Assembly: GCA_965216875.1 (NCBI GenBank)
Contig: OZ244207.1
Coordinates: forward strand, 1,664,001-1,728,000
DNA length: 64,000 nt
Direction: 5' to 3'
DNA from: Rubripirellula sp.
GTDB lineage: Bacteria; Planctomycetota; Planctomycetia; Pirellulales; Pirellulaceae
Below, one piece after another: positions 28,267 through 38,802 of the stretch. Within the stretch, counting starts at the first letter, position 1, and the number at the start of each line of letters is the position of its first letter. The translations under genes were made by a program, and so were the position numbers. The notes under the pieces are model-generated. The model was not told where the DNA came from and did no database searches. It worked only from the letters and a program-made list of their open reading frames with translations.

Positions 28267-28389
28267 TTGCGACCTTTGGAGCCAAAACTGAGCGCGCGAG
28301 AGGAGAAAATCGCTACTCTTTACGTTTTGGCAGTTGGCGGAGCCATGATACCGGAATCAGGGTGCCACTACTCCCGGAGCTTGATGATT

Positions 28390-29070
28390 ATGGATTCCCA
28401 ATCAACACGACGACGCCAGTTTGTCGCGGCCGAGAACCGCGTGCAAGCGATTCGCAAGTTCAAACAGAAGTATCCCGTCCTGAATGATCTCTACGATCCG
28501 GGCCCCAACCAAGACGGCAAAGCAGGCTGGGTCAACGCCATCAAGGATCAACACGAATCGGCCTATCGGTTGATCTTCTATCTTGACCGACTTCCGCTCG
28601 GCAAAGAGCATCAAGATCAGGAAGCCTACGAGATCATCTTTGGCCAAGTTGGCGAAACAGACCAGCCGAACTACCCTCGCGTTCTATTTACGACCACCGG
28701 CGCGGTGAACCTGGTTCCCGATTCCATCCCGGACACGCCTTTCCCGGTTGCTGTAAAAACGGACTCGCTCGAAATCGTTCCGGTGGCGTTTGACCGAGAT
28801 TACTTGACCGCACAGCTGATCAAGAGCGGCTACGCCTATGTGTGCCTCTACGATGGTGAAGCGGACGCATTGAGGATCCTTGATTTGGCGGACTACACCG
28901 AAGTGATGGTGGTCGACCATCGCCGCGAAGTTCAAGTGAGAACCGAAGAAGAGATGGTGGTGGGAGATGCAACCTTCATTCGGCCATTCTTCCTCAAGTA
29001 CCGGGTCAAAGAGATCGCGTCCGCCGATGATCCCAAACAGGCGGCGATCGAGTTTCTAAGCAAAATGTAG
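28390..29070 (+). CDS. hypothetical protein
   Basis: Long ORF with natural composition; no family recognised; start uncertain. Confidence 0.6.
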   Translation: MDSQSTRRRQFVAAENRVQAIRKFKQKYPVLNDLYDPGPNQDGKAGWVNAIKDQHESAYRLIFYLDRLPLGKEHQDQEAYEIIFGQVGETDQPNYPRVLFTTTGAVNLVPDSIPDTPFPVAVKTDSLEIVPVAFDRDYLTAQLIKSGYAYVCLYDGEADALRILDLADYTEVMVVDHRREVQVRTEEEMVVGDATFIRPFFLKYRVKEIASADDPKQAAIEFLSKM

Positions 29071-29118
29071 ATCGCTCGAGCAGCGTTTTGCGATGCTCAA
29101 CCGCGAGCGGTCTTTGGT

Positions 29119-30288
29119 TCAATCGGGGCTCGCTTCCTCGAGTTTCTGACGCAACATTGGCAGTTCCGAGGAATGGAATCGATCAATTGGCAGGCTGATC
29201 GTCCGGCCGCGCGGAGTTTGCAACACAAAGGTCTTTCTTGACTTGTTGATCCGCACCAGTCGTGCCTGCATCGACTTACCCGTCTTGAGACGCCAACTCG
29301 TTTTGTTTTGAAACGCAATGGCTTGATCGAGGCTATTGAGTGTTTGTGATCCCGGGGTCGTTTCGTTGCTGTTGGCGGCTGCGGAGGAATCGGCTGTTTC
29401 GCGATTCGACATTTCATCGTCGGAACTTGACCGGTAGTCGCTGTAGTAGTCGTCCGATCGGTCGTAGTTTTCCAAGAACCGCAGCGACTTCGGATCGTAG
29501 GGAGGCCGTGCGAGCGAATCGTAGTTGATGATTAATTCAGGTTGTTTGCCCGATAGCTCAAAGGCGAGTGCGAGCCCGGTATCGCCGTAGCGTTTGAAAT
29601 TGCGACCGTCGTAAGAAAGCCCCGTCAGTTTTCCTTTTTCGAGACTGAGTCCCCATCCGGTCCAAATGCCGGCGCCGAAGAGGCTAAGCTTCGAATCCTG
29701 GACGCCGATGCCAGTGAGCTTGACGGACAACCCTCCCGCTTTCGAGTCATACATGTAAAGCGCGAGGTTTCGTGACGGGAGTGATCCGGTAAACGAGGCG
29801 ATGTCATTGGCATGCCCAAACAGATCATTTTCTGCGTAGTAGACGAACGTCGAACCGGTCAGGTCATACTGGCTATCGAAACGAAACGTTTGCTTTGCGT
29901 TCGACCCAACCAGTTCAAAGTCGACTTCGACATCCACTTTGCCAAGCGACGCTTTGCACTGAACAAGATTGGGTGAGAGTTTGACCGGCTTTCCGAAGCC
30001 GTCTCGGTCACTGCGTGAGAGAACGTAGGTTGTTCCGCGTGAAATCAAGACGGGGTCGACCGACCAAGTCGTTTCCTCGAAACGGTGCTCATGATCGTGG
30101 TAGCGAAACAAGCCGCCGTAGGGAACGAGCCCATTCTCGCGAATGCCACCGTTGATCACGATGGTGGTGGTCGCGTTCTTCAGGCGGATACTTCCGGGCA
30201 GGTCGGTTCCTTGCCGCATCTTTGCTTGGCCAAAGGCGACCGACGTCAAACAACACACCATGATTGCTAACAAGCAGACTCGCGACAT
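29119..30288 (-). CDS. secreted protein with a C-terminal SHD1-like domain
   Basis: Signal peptide, beta-rich domain, Ser/Asp linker, then W...GKSMQARLV...VLQTPRGRTISLPIDRFHSSE. Confidence 0.7.
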   Translation of the reverse strand: MSRVCLLAIMVCCLTSVAFGQAKMRQGTDLPGSIRLKNATTTIVINGGIRENGLVPYGGLFRYHDHEHRFEETTWSVDPVLISRGTTYVLSRSDRDGFGKPVKLSPNLVQCKASLGKVDVEVDFELVGSNAKQTFRFDSQYDLTGSTFVYYAENDLFGHANDIASFTGSLPSRNLALYMYDSKAGGLSVKLTGIGVQDSKLSLFGAGIWTGWGLSLEKGKLTGLSYDGRNFKRYGDTGLALAFELSGKQPELIINYDSLARPPYDPKSLRFLENYDRSDDYYSDYRSSSDDEMSNRETADSSAAANSNETTPGSQTLNSLDQAIAFQNKTSWRLKTGKSMQARLVRINKSRKTFVLQTPRGRTISLPIDRFHSSELPMLRQKLEEASPD

Positions 30289-30497
30289 CACCGCGTCCTC
30301 CCTCCGTCAAATTGACTGAAACGCTAGACGCCATGTTAGCAACAACCTTCGGGGCGAGCGGGACGCAAAATTGCTAAACAACTCCGCTCACTTCCTTTTT
30401 GCCTTCGCTCCTACCCGAAGAAAACATCCGCCGAACACCACGAGTTTCAACAAGTCGCGGGATTAGGCGACAGATCGGCTCCAAGTCCCAGGTCTGC

Positions 30498-30695
30498 TCA
30501 ATCGACCGGCTCAGTCAGTCTTGCCTCCAGTTTGTTGTACTGCCCTTTGGACAGGAAAACTCTGTAGAGACCGTTGGTGAGGTGGACCTCAACCTTGGAC
30601 TTCTCTTCGATGCCCCAGCTCACGATTTGCCGTGAGTAGGGATCGATATCGATAAAGTAGTAGAGCTTGTCGGGGTTTGAGCGAGCCTTGGCCAT
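30498..30695 (-). CDS. small hypothetical protein downstream of the RND permease
   Basis: 65-aa ORF starting 6 nt after the RND stop codon, same strand. Confidence 0.6.
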   Translation of the reverse strand: MAKARSNPDKLYYFIDIDPYSRQIVSWGIEEKSKVEVHLTNGLYRVFLSKGQYNKLEARLTEPVD

Positions 30696-30701
30696 GATCG
30701 C

Positions 30702-33700
30702 CTACGCCTCTGCGGGTTCGCCTTGGGGTTCTGGTTTGGCCGACTCGGCTAGGTTGATGCCGAGCAGTTCCACCATCACGCCAATCAAAGCCGGAAGGAC
30801 AAAGAGCGTCATCACCGTTCCAAGAGAAAGGCCGACGACAATCACCGTCGCCAAACCTTTGAACAATGGGCCTTGCCCGATCATCAGCGGCAACAGTCCA
30901 CCGACGGTCGTCAGGGTTGTCATCAAAATCGGCATCAACCGCATGTTGCCCGCTTCGGCCAAAGCGGAATAGAACGTTTCGCGATTCAGGCCGCTGTAGG
31001 ATTTTTCACCCTCTTTGGGCAGACCTTCACCCGAGGCGATCTTTTCGGAGATCAACCTTTGGGAGAAGTCGACCATCAAAATTGCTGCGCTGAGTGTGAT
31101 GCCAAAGAGAGCGAGGAAACCGAGCGTCTCCATGAATCCAAGTGGCAAGTCCATCATCCAAAGCCCGACCAAGCCACCCATCGCTGCGAGCGGAATCGTC
31201 AACAGGATCATCAACGGCTTGACGAATGAGTTGTATTGGATGATCAGGCAGAGAAAGATCAGTACACCGGTGATGGCGAGCGATGCACCATTTTGCCGCT
31301 CGCCTTTCCCCGACTCTTCGTCGACTCCGCCGAGTTCGAGACGATAGCCGGGCGGTAGCTCAGCTTTGATCTTTGCCATCTCGGCTTGAACGATTGGATG
31401 TCCCAGCACTTCGCTGGCTTCCAGTCCGCTCTCGGGTTGTGCGAGCACACGAATCGTGCGTTCACGTTGATACCTGGTGATTTTGACCGGCTTCTGTTTC
31501 CACTCTAATCGTGTCACGGCATCCAGCGGTACTTTGCCCGTGTAGCCTTGAACGTACGCATTCTGGATTTCGTCGAGCGTGCCACGTTGGTTAGGCGGTA
31601 AACGCAATTGAATCGGAACTTGATGGTCACCTTCGCGATAGGTCGTCAGGTGTTGCCCGGTGTAGTAGGCGTTGAGTGTGTTGGCGACCGTCTCGTTGGT
31701 CACACCGGCCATGTTCGCTTGGACGCCAAGTACGTCAACGTCCAATTGATTGCCGAGCTCTCCCCAACTGTCATGCACATCCCAAGCAACGCCACTGTCA
31801 AGCAACGCTTCCTTGAGTCGCTCCGAGAAATGACGCAGCACGCGCTCACTAGCCAATCGTGGCCCCAAGACGCGAATGTCGACCGGAGACATCACGGGCG
31901 TTCCCATCACAAGACGCTTGGGGACCACGCGCGCGCCAGCAACGGGAGGGACGTAGTCCTCGGAATCTGGATCGCCCACGCCCTTCATCGCGGCGACGCG
32001 CAGGTCGGCAACGTATTGCGGCACGACCGGACTACTGGCCGCATTGATTTGGATGATTCCATAGCTGCCCGCGTCAGGTTTGGGATCGAGTCCCATGTAG
32101 AAACGTGGCCCGCCCAAACCGACGTAAACGGCCATGTTTTCGAGTCGATCCTCGGGCAACTCGACCCAGTTCCCATCCTGGTAAGTCTTGCGGCTTAACG
32201 CTTGAACCAGTTTTTCGAGTCCCGAGATGGTTTCGTTCGTGCGCGCGATCGGCGCACCGTCCGGCAGGAAGACTTCGATCACGCATTGGCGGCTATCGGC
32301 CATCGGAAAGAAGGCCGACTTGACCGGCAACAACGTTGATGCAAAGAGCAAGCCAACCGCGAGCACGACGGTGACATACTTGGCGCGGACCGCCAACAAA
32401 CAAAGGCTGATGTAGGGTGACGAAGCTTTCCCATCGTCTTGCGACTCATCCGCCTTCTTGCCTTTGCGAAACAACCCGCCCAACAAACCAAAGATGGCAA
32501 AGATCGGCGCAGGTGACGAACTTGGCCGTAAGATCCAACGAGCCATGATGACGGTCATCGTCATGGCAAAGATCCAGCCGCCGCCCAGTGCCAAGGAGAT
32601 GACGACGGGCAAACTGAACACGTATTCCTTGGATCCGCCAGTGAGGCAGAATGTCATCGGGATAAAGGCGGCAAGGATCGACAAGGTAGCGATCAGAATG
32701 GGGAACGCGATTTGATTCGGTCCCTTCACCGCGGCCTCGTCCGGCGCGTCGCCTTCGCGAAGGAAGCGGTTTGTGTTGTCGCAGACCTGGATCGCGTTGT
32801 CGACCAACATGCCAAGGGCAATGATCAACGCGGCAAGCGAAACCTGTTCAATCTGACAGCCCCAAAGTCGCATCGCGCCGACGGCGATCAACATGATCAT
32901 TGGAATGGCGAGGGCACAAACGGTCGCGACTCGAAAACCGCTCAGAAGCACCAACACTACCAAGACGATCAAAACGGAATCGACGAGATTGTCGACCACT
33001 TCCGAGATCTTTTTGTCGACCATTTCCGGTTTGTCGGAAACCTTTTCAACGCGAATGTCTTTAGGCAGGAAAGTATCGTTGGCGGTGGCAAGCATCGCTT
33101 CGACCGCCTTGCCCATTTCGCTAACGTTTTGACCTGGCTTCAAATAGAAGGCGAGCACAATCGCTTCGGCCGAGAAGTCGCGGTTGGCTAATCGCACGAG
33201 TCCAGGCGAAGGGTTTTGGTAGTCCCGAATCACATTCAGGCCAAGGTCGCTCAGGTAGACGGGCACCGCTTGCGCTGTCGGACGCGGCCCGCCCGCTTCG
33301 AGGCCAGCACCGATGTTGCGAGCAAGTTCATTGATCGTCTGTCGGCCTGGCGATTCCATCCCGGTGGCGACACGCCCGACCACCACGTTGTTGACTTCGA
33401 ATGCAGCATCGAAGTTGCCGGTCAATCGCGTCGTCACGCGGTCAACGTTCGTATCGATCGCCCCAGCCGGAGCGATCACATTCCGCTGCGACAACACTTC
33501 GCGAAGGTGTTCTGCCGTGAGGTTCAGCTTGCTCCAGTTTCCCAGGTCGGTCTCGAGGTAGATGACCTCGGGCTGGACGCCGACCATTTCGAGGCGAGCC
33601 ACATAAGAAGGTGCCACCGAATTTGGATTCAACGTTCCATCGGACGATTCGATCAAAGGCCGCAAATCGAGTACACGGTCGCGCAGTCGTTTGGCAAAGA

Positions 33701-34184
33701 TCTCGAGTTCGCGCGAGGTGTAGGGGCGAACTTCGGCGCTGTCCGGATCCTGATACATCGCCAAGACCATTGCGGCGGTGTCACCGAATTTGTCGTTGAC
33801 CGCCGGCTGCCGGCAACCTTCCGGTAGCGCGCCTTCGATCAGTTTTAGTTCCGCACGGACCTTGTCCCAAACGGCATCCACATCCGAAACCGCATCGATG
33901 GTCGTGACTTGAACGACGGAGCGTCCGGCATAGCTTGTCGATTGCAAGCGGCGGACCTGTTTGATGTCCGCCATCGCCACTTCGATGCGGTCGGTGACGA
34001 GCTTTTCGACCTGTTCGGCCGTTGCGCCTGGCCATTCGGTGTTGATCACCGCTTCACGAATCACATACTCGGGGTCTTCCGAACGCGGTGCGGTCAGGAA
34101 GACGTTGAGTCCATTAAAGACCAGGATCGCGACAATGGCGATCACGACCGGTTTGTGTTTGAGTGCGAATTGAGGCAGGTTCAT
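30702..34184 (-). CDS. RND efflux transporter permease (AcrB/CzcA family)
   Basis: PRSEDP, WPGATAEQVE, ALGMLVDNAI, RLMPILMTTLTTVGGLLP; 12-TM pattern. Confidence 0.95.
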   Translation of the reverse strand: MNLPQFALKHKPVVIAIVAILVFNGLNVFLTAPRSEDPEYVIREAVINTEWPGATAEQVEKLVTDRIEVAMADIKQVRRLQSTSYAGRSVVQVTTIDAVSDVDAVWDKVRAELKLIEGALPEGCRQPAVNDKFGDTAAMVLAMYQDPDSAEVRPYTSRELEIFAKRLRDRVLDLRPLIESSDGTLNPNSVAPSYVARLEMVGVQPEVIYLETDLGNWSKLNLTAEHLREVLSQRNVIAPAGAIDTNVDRVTTRLTGNFDAAFEVNNVVVGRVATGMESPGRQTINELARNIGAGLEAGGPRPTAQAVPVYLSDLGLNVIRDYQNPSPGLVRLANRDFSAEAIVLAFYLKPGQNVSEMGKAVEAMLATANDTFLPKDIRVEKVSDKPEMVDKKISEVVDNLVDSVLIVLVVLVLLSGFRVATVCALAIPMIMLIAVGAMRLWGCQIEQVSLAALIIALGMLVDNAIQVCDNTNRFLREGDAPDEAAVKGPNQIAFPILIATLSILAAFIPMTFCLTGGSKEYVFSLPVVISLALGGGWIFAMTMTVIMARWILRPSSSPAPIFAIFGLLGGLFRKGKKADESQDDGKASSPYISLCLLAVRAKYVTVVLAVGLLFASTLLPVKSAFFPMADSRQCVIEVFLPDGAPIARTNETISGLEKLVQALSRKTYQDGNWVELPEDRLENMAVYVGLGGPRFYMGLDPKPDAGSYGIIQINAASSPVVPQYVADLRVAAMKGVGDPDSEDYVPPVAGARVVPKRLVMGTPVMSPVDIRVLGPRLASERVLRHFSERLKEALLDSGVAWDVHDSWGELGNQLDVDVLGVQANMAGVTNETVANTLNAYYTGQHLTTYREGDHQVPIQLRLPPNQRGTLDEIQNAYVQGYTGKVPLDAVTRLEWKQKPVKITRYQRERTIRVLAQPESGLEASEVLGHPIVQAEMAKIKAELPPGYRLELGGVDEESGKGERQNGASLAITGVLIFLCLIIQYNSFVKPLMILLTIPLAAMGGLVGLWMMDLPLGFMETLGFLALFGITLSAAILMVDFSQRLISEKIASGEGLPKEGEKSYSGLNRETFYSALAEAGNMRLMPILMTTLTTVGGLLPLMIGQGPLFKGLATVIVVGLSLGTVMTLFVLPALIGVMVELLGINLAESAKPEPQGEPAEA

Positions 34185-35836
34185 AGGGCCACCTCGATTT
34201 CTTCGAACGCGTTGACATCGTCACCGTCTCGCAAATAGTGGGCGCCATCGACGATGATTTTCGATCCCGTCTCGAGGGCGTTCTCCTCGACCGGCTCGAT
34301 GCGGCGAAAGTCACCAATCAAGTCACTCACTTCGACTTCGACCTTTTTGGCCGACTCGCTTCCACTGTCGGATTCCGCGGCGACAAACACGAAATGCTTG
34401 CCGTCGCTTCTCAAGATAGCCGGCCGCGGAACGTAGAAACCGGGACTCACTGCTTGCCCCTTTAGGTCCACGCTGACGAGCTGACCGGGCCGTAGGAGCC
34501 ATTCTTTGCGAGACAGGAAAACCTTGTCGCCATCCTTGACGCCCTCGGGCATGGCACCGGCGATCAGGTCTTTCGACGGATCGAGTCCGCCGAGGTCGGT
34601 CAGTTCACGGCCCACGAAAAGTTGAAGTACCGGAAGCGTCTTCTCACCCAGTTCGACGTAGACCTTTTTGACGGTAAAAACGGGGCTGAAATCCTTTTCC
34701 AGGTCGGAACGCGTCAGCCCCTCGACCTTCCAGACGTACGTTCGGCCATCGGCTTCTCGGTGAAGCGTTCGCTCTTCGGCATAGAACGGTGCGTTACCAT
34801 CGGCCGACTCGGATTCCAACGAATACAATTCGGTTGTGCGGGCGAGGCCTTCGGGGTCGATGTCATCGGGCAACTGCAATTCGACTCGGCGGTTGCGAAT
34901 CAGGACAGTGATATTGAACGTTCGCGTCGCCGCATCGGCCACCGTGTCTTTCAAATAGACAAAACCGGTGATCGGTTCGTCTTCGTTGTCGAGGTAGACC
35001 TTCAACTGGTCGTTGTAACGGAGACGCCGGTCGGTCTCTTGCGAAACGGCAAGTTCCACTTTGACCGGGTCCATCATCTGAACCGTGACCGCTGGCATGC
35101 CGGCATCAAGGTAGCTGCCGGCGATCGCGTGAACCTTGGACACCTGACCCGAGAAGGGCGAATAGAGTTTGCAGTCTTTCAGATTCAGTTCGGCCTGGTT
35201 ACGTGTCTGTCTGGCTTGGCGAAGTTCCGCTTTGAGTGCATTGAGTTCTGCCGTCTTGGTCGCTTCACGGATTCGGGCTTGGGCGAGTTGGGCTTCCGAT
35301 TGCTTGGCCCAATTCTCGGCTTCCTCGTACTCGCTTCTCGAGGTGGCGTTTTGATCCATCAGTTTGCTTTGCCGCTCAAACTGACTCTTTCGTCGATCGC
35401 GTTCGGCCGTCGCTTCCTTGATCTGCTCAGGGACTTCCTGGGTGAGTTCGGTCTCGGCCTGGGCGACCCGTGCTTCCATCAGTTCCACGCGCGCCGCGGC
35501 GTCCTCGCGCTGTAGCTCAAGCCGATCGGTATCAAGTCGGCCGAGCAGCGTTCCCGTTTCTTTGGTGTTGCCTTCGTCGTCCAAGACCGCACCTTCGATC
35601 GTGAGTCCCGGCTCGATCACATCCGAGATTCGCCCGTTGACTCGAAACGACAACATCTCCTTTTTCCAAGAGTCGACCGAACCGGTCAGCCGCGTCTGTC
35701 TGGCCGGATCCGATTCCTTCAACTGCAAGAAAGTCACGGGACGGGCCGGTTTCTCAGCGACAGGGGCTTCGTCATCACAGCCGGCGAAGAGGGGCAGCAA
35801 TAGGAGTACCGCAGACCAACGCTTGTGGGGACGCAT
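34181..35836 (-). CDS. RND periplasmic adaptor (membrane fusion protein), lipoprotein
   Basis: Lipobox LFAGC, LSFRVNGRI, coiled coil, LYSPFSGQV, DAATRTF, LRPGQ; overlaps the permease start. Confidence 0.9.
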   Translation of the reverse strand: MRPHKRWSAVLLLLPLFAGCDDEAPVAEKPARPVTFLQLKESDPARQTRLTGSVDSWKKEMLSFRVNGRISDVIEPGLTIEGAVLDDEGNTKETGTLLGRLDTDRLELQREDAAARVELMEARVAQAETELTQEVPEQIKEATAERDRRKSQFERQSKLMDQNATSRSEYEEAENWAKQSEAQLAQARIREATKTAELNALKAELRQARQTRNQAELNLKDCKLYSPFSGQVSKVHAIAGSYLDAGMPAVTVQMMDPVKVELAVSQETDRRLRYNDQLKVYLDNEDEPITGFVYLKDTVADAATRTFNITVLIRNRRVELQLPDDIDPEGLARTTELYSLESESADGNAPFYAEERTLHREADGRTYVWKVEGLTRSDLEKDFSPVFTVKKVYVELGEKTLPVLQLFVGRELTDLGGLDPSKDLIAGAMPEGVKDGDKVFLSRKEWLLRPGQLVSVDLKGQAVSPGFYVPRPAILRSDGKHFVFVAAESDSGSESAKKVEVEVSDLIGDFRRIEPVEENALETGSKIIVDGAHYLRDGDDVNAFEEIEVAL

Positions 35837-36146
35837 GGGTGGTTTCTCTTGGAGTGGAGTCGAGCTTAGGCCGTTGATCATACCCCAGTCGAATATGGGA
35901 AAGGTTCACCCACCGATTGGTGGTGTCGCTGCGAGAGACAACCGTCCACTGGATGCTGATAAAGGCAGGGAAAATGACCCCGAACATGGAACGGACCACT
36001 GTGCAAAACTCGACCGGCCGTGGTGTGGTGCCGAGGGTATCGCGTTGCCAGGTTGCCCCCTTCCACGACGAGCGATTCGATTGTCAACTGTGCGCATTCA
36101 GGCCCAGGTTCACGGTCAAACCCTAAATTCGAAATAATCCGCAAAG

Positions 36147-37478
36147 ATGCCGCAAACTGCCCCTTTTAACGCTCTCCGGTACAACCTTGATCACGTTGGC
36201 GACCTCTCCAATGTCATCGCGCCACCCTACGACGTGATTGATCCCGAGCTGCAGGACCAGCTCTACAAGCAACATCCGGCCAACGTCATTCGCATCATCT
36301 TGAACCGCGCCGAGCCTGGCGACAGTGGTGACGAAAAGTACGACCGAGCTGCGAAGTTCGTCGAGCAGTGGGTCAGCGAAGGGGTGCTGATGCGAGAAGA
36401 GCAGCCCGCATACTACGTCTACCACCAGGAGTTTGAAGCGGACGGCAAGACCTACAACCGTCGCGGCTTCATGGGACGCGTTCGTATCCAGCCATTTGGC
36501 GAAGGCAACATCTACCCACACGAAGAGACGCACCCCAAGGCCAAGGTCGATCGATTGAAGTTGACCACCGCCACCAAGCAAAACAACAGCCAGATCTTTG
36601 GCCTCTATCCCGACCCCGAAAACGAAGTCATCACGCTGCTCGACAAAGCGACCGAGGGAGTGACTCCGCTTGAAGCGACCGATCACCTTGGCGTCAAGCA
36701 CATCATCTGGCCTGTGACCGACGAAGCGGTGACGGCCAAGGTCAGTGAATTGATGGAAGAGCGGCCCATGTTCGTTGCCGACGGTCACCACCGCTATGAG
36801 ACTGCCTCGAACTATCGCGCACAAATGATGGAAGAGACCGGCGGTCTGTCGCCCGACCACCCAGCCAACTTCGTGATGACGATGCTGGTTGGAATGAGTG
36901 ATCCCGGGATGATTGTGCTGCCAACCCACCGCTTGCTTCGCGAGACGGCTGAATTCAGTGCGGCCGAGATCATTGAGAAGCTCGGCGATTGCTTCGACTG
37001 TGAACAGGTCGACGGCGGCGTTGGTGGCGCCGAAGCTGCTTGGGCCAAAATGGAAGCCGCGGATGAACAAGGTTTGGTCGCTCTGTACGCCAAGACAGAC
37101 GATTGCTGGTTGCTTTGCAAGGCAACTGCGGCTGCGGGCGAAAAAATGAAAGAGCTAGCTGGCGAGCAAAGTGACGACTGGCGCGGACTCGGGGTTTCGA
37201 TCCTGCACCGACTCGTGATCGACGAGCTTCTCGGTTGCAAAGGGCATCCCAAACCGACCTATGTGCACGAGGTTTCGGAAACGATCGACGGGATCAAGGG
37301 TGAAGGTAGCCAGGCCGAAAGCGATGGCGACCAGCCCTACACCCTGGCTGCGTTGGTGATGCCTGCGAAGCTGGGGCATGTCGAGGCGATCAGCCTTCAC
37401 AAAGAGCGAATGCCCGCGAAAAGCACGTATTTTTACCCCAAATTGCTGAGCGGATTGACGTTCAACCCTCTCAGCTAG
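36147..37478 (+). CDS. DUF1015 family protein
   Basis: APPYDVI, PHEET, VADGHHRYETA, MPAKSTYFYPKLLSGL. Confidence 0.9.
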   Translation: MPQTAPFNALRYNLDHVGDLSNVIAPPYDVIDPELQDQLYKQHPANVIRIILNRAEPGDSGDEKYDRAAKFVEQWVSEGVLMREEQPAYYVYHQEFEADGKTYNRRGFMGRVRIQPFGEGNIYPHEETHPKAKVDRLKLTTATKQNNSQIFGLYPDPENEVITLLDKATEGVTPLEATDHLGVKHIIWPVTDEAVTAKVSELMEERPMFVADGHHRYETASNYRAQMMEETGGLSPDHPANFVMTMLVGMSDPGMIVLPTHRLLRETAEFSAAEIIEKLGDCFDCEQVDGGVGGAEAAWAKMEAADEQGLVALYAKTDDCWLLCKATAAAGEKMKELAGEQSDDWRGLGVSILHRLVIDELLGCKGHPKPTYVHEVSETIDGIKGEGSQAESDGDQPYTLAALVMPAKLGHVEAISLHKERMPAKSTYFYPKLLSGLTFNPLS

Positions 37479-37501
37479 GTCTTGGGCCTGATCGGTGCCG
37501 C

Positions 37502-37541
37502 GTAGGCCGGATCAAGGAGCGACAGCGACACAGATCCGGCA
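37502..37541. repeat. single GTAG-type REP-like hairpin
   Basis: GTAGGCCGGATC...GATCCGGCA. Confidence 0.55.
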
Positions 37542-37672
37542 TGATCGCTGTGACTTGGCTGACGTTCTCTCTTGTTTTGCTCTTGCGATTATTCGTACGG
37601 TACGCTCTCAGCCGGTGGGCATCGGCTGCGGGATCACTGGGCAGTGCAACGCAATCGCAAGAGGAACGAGCC

Positions 37673-38407
37673 ATGCGTCGTCAGATCGCAAACTTGATTT
37701 ACACCGGCCGCTTTCGCACCACCGCGGCGACTCAGCGCAAGGGCAAGCCCGAGATTCTGCGTAAGCAGCCGTCACTCGAGATCCACAATTACCTCGAGAT
37801 GGCTCTCGCTCAGGAGCAGGTCGATCACTCGCAATTCTTTTTCGTTCAAATCGGCGCATTCGACGGCCGTGAAGGCGATCATCTGAACCAATTGATCCGC
37901 AAGCATGGCTGGCGCGGCGTTTTGGTCGAGCCTCAGCCGCACGCCTACGAGGCACTGCAAAAGACGTACGCCGATCAACCGCAATTGAAGCTGGTCAACG
38001 TCGCGATTGGTCCTCAGGAAGGAACGCTGACCCTTTACACCCGAAAAAGCGGCAGCGTGCCGATCGCAAGTGTCTCGAAGCGTCTATTGATCAAGCCGGG
38101 GCACTCGAGCGACGAAGTGGTGGCGATGGACGTCCCTTGCTGGACCTTTTCGCGATTGGTCGAAGAGGCGCAGGTTCCTGGGAAGATCGATTTGGTCCAG
38201 ATCGATACCGAAGGCTTCGACTTCGAGATTATCAAGTCGATTCCGCTCGGGGAGATTCGCCCTACTGTGATCCGCTATGAGCACGCGTTGTTGTCGGAAA
38301 AGGACCGCAACGCCTGCATCGAGCTGCTGTGCAGCCACGGTTATCGCATTCTGCTGGAAGATCGAGACACCATGGCAATCCAGCGAGTGGCTGCGAAGGC
38401 CGCGTAG
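37673..38407 (+). CDS. FkbM family methyltransferase
   Basis: VQIGAFDG, LVEPQP, VNVAI, IDLVQIDTEGFD; SD GAGG before ATG 37673. Confidence 0.88.
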   Translation: MRRQIANLIYTGRFRTTAATQRKGKPEILRKQPSLEIHNYLEMALAQEQVDHSQFFFVQIGAFDGREGDHLNQLIRKHGWRGVLVEPQPHAYEALQKTYADQPQLKLVNVAIGPQEGTLTLYTRKSGSVPIASVSKRLLIKPGHSSDEVVAMDVPCWTFSRLVEEAQVPGKIDLVQIDTEGFDFEIIKSIPLGEIRPTVIRYEHALLSEKDRNACIELLCSHGYRILLEDRDTMAIQRVAAKAA

Positions 38408-38418
38408 TTGCTGCAACT

Positions 38419-38650
38419 CGTGAGCCGCCGGCCGTAAGGCCTCGGGCCTTCGCCCATGCGCCATGTCTCGAACGTAGCTACCTTCGCCAGAAGGTGGCAT
38501 GAGCCGCTCGAACGCTCGCCATCACCCCACGCTCTGGTGAGCGTAGCTACGGCCCGTCGTGTGTGATCAGTTCGTAGCTGCCTTCGCCAGAAGGTGGTCT
38601 GTGCCGCTAGACCGCTCTCCATCACCCCACGCTCTGGCGAGCGTAGCTAC
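38419..38650. repeat. REP cluster: family F plus two inverted GTAG family A pairs
   Basis: GTAGCTACCTTCGCCAGAAGGTGG ... CCACGCTCTGG(T/C)GAGCGTAGCTAC, twice at 100-bp spacing. Confidence 0.88.
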
Positions 38651-38802
38651 TGATTCGGTGGGATGGCCCAGGGGCTTGGCGGAAGATCTTGTGTCAAGGT
38701 CAGTTTCTTGTGAAACCAGTCTTGTTTCACTCACTGGGATTCCCCTACTTTCCCACCAAGTGAGCTCGATCCACAGATTTTGCGATCCAGAGATATTGGA
38801 CG

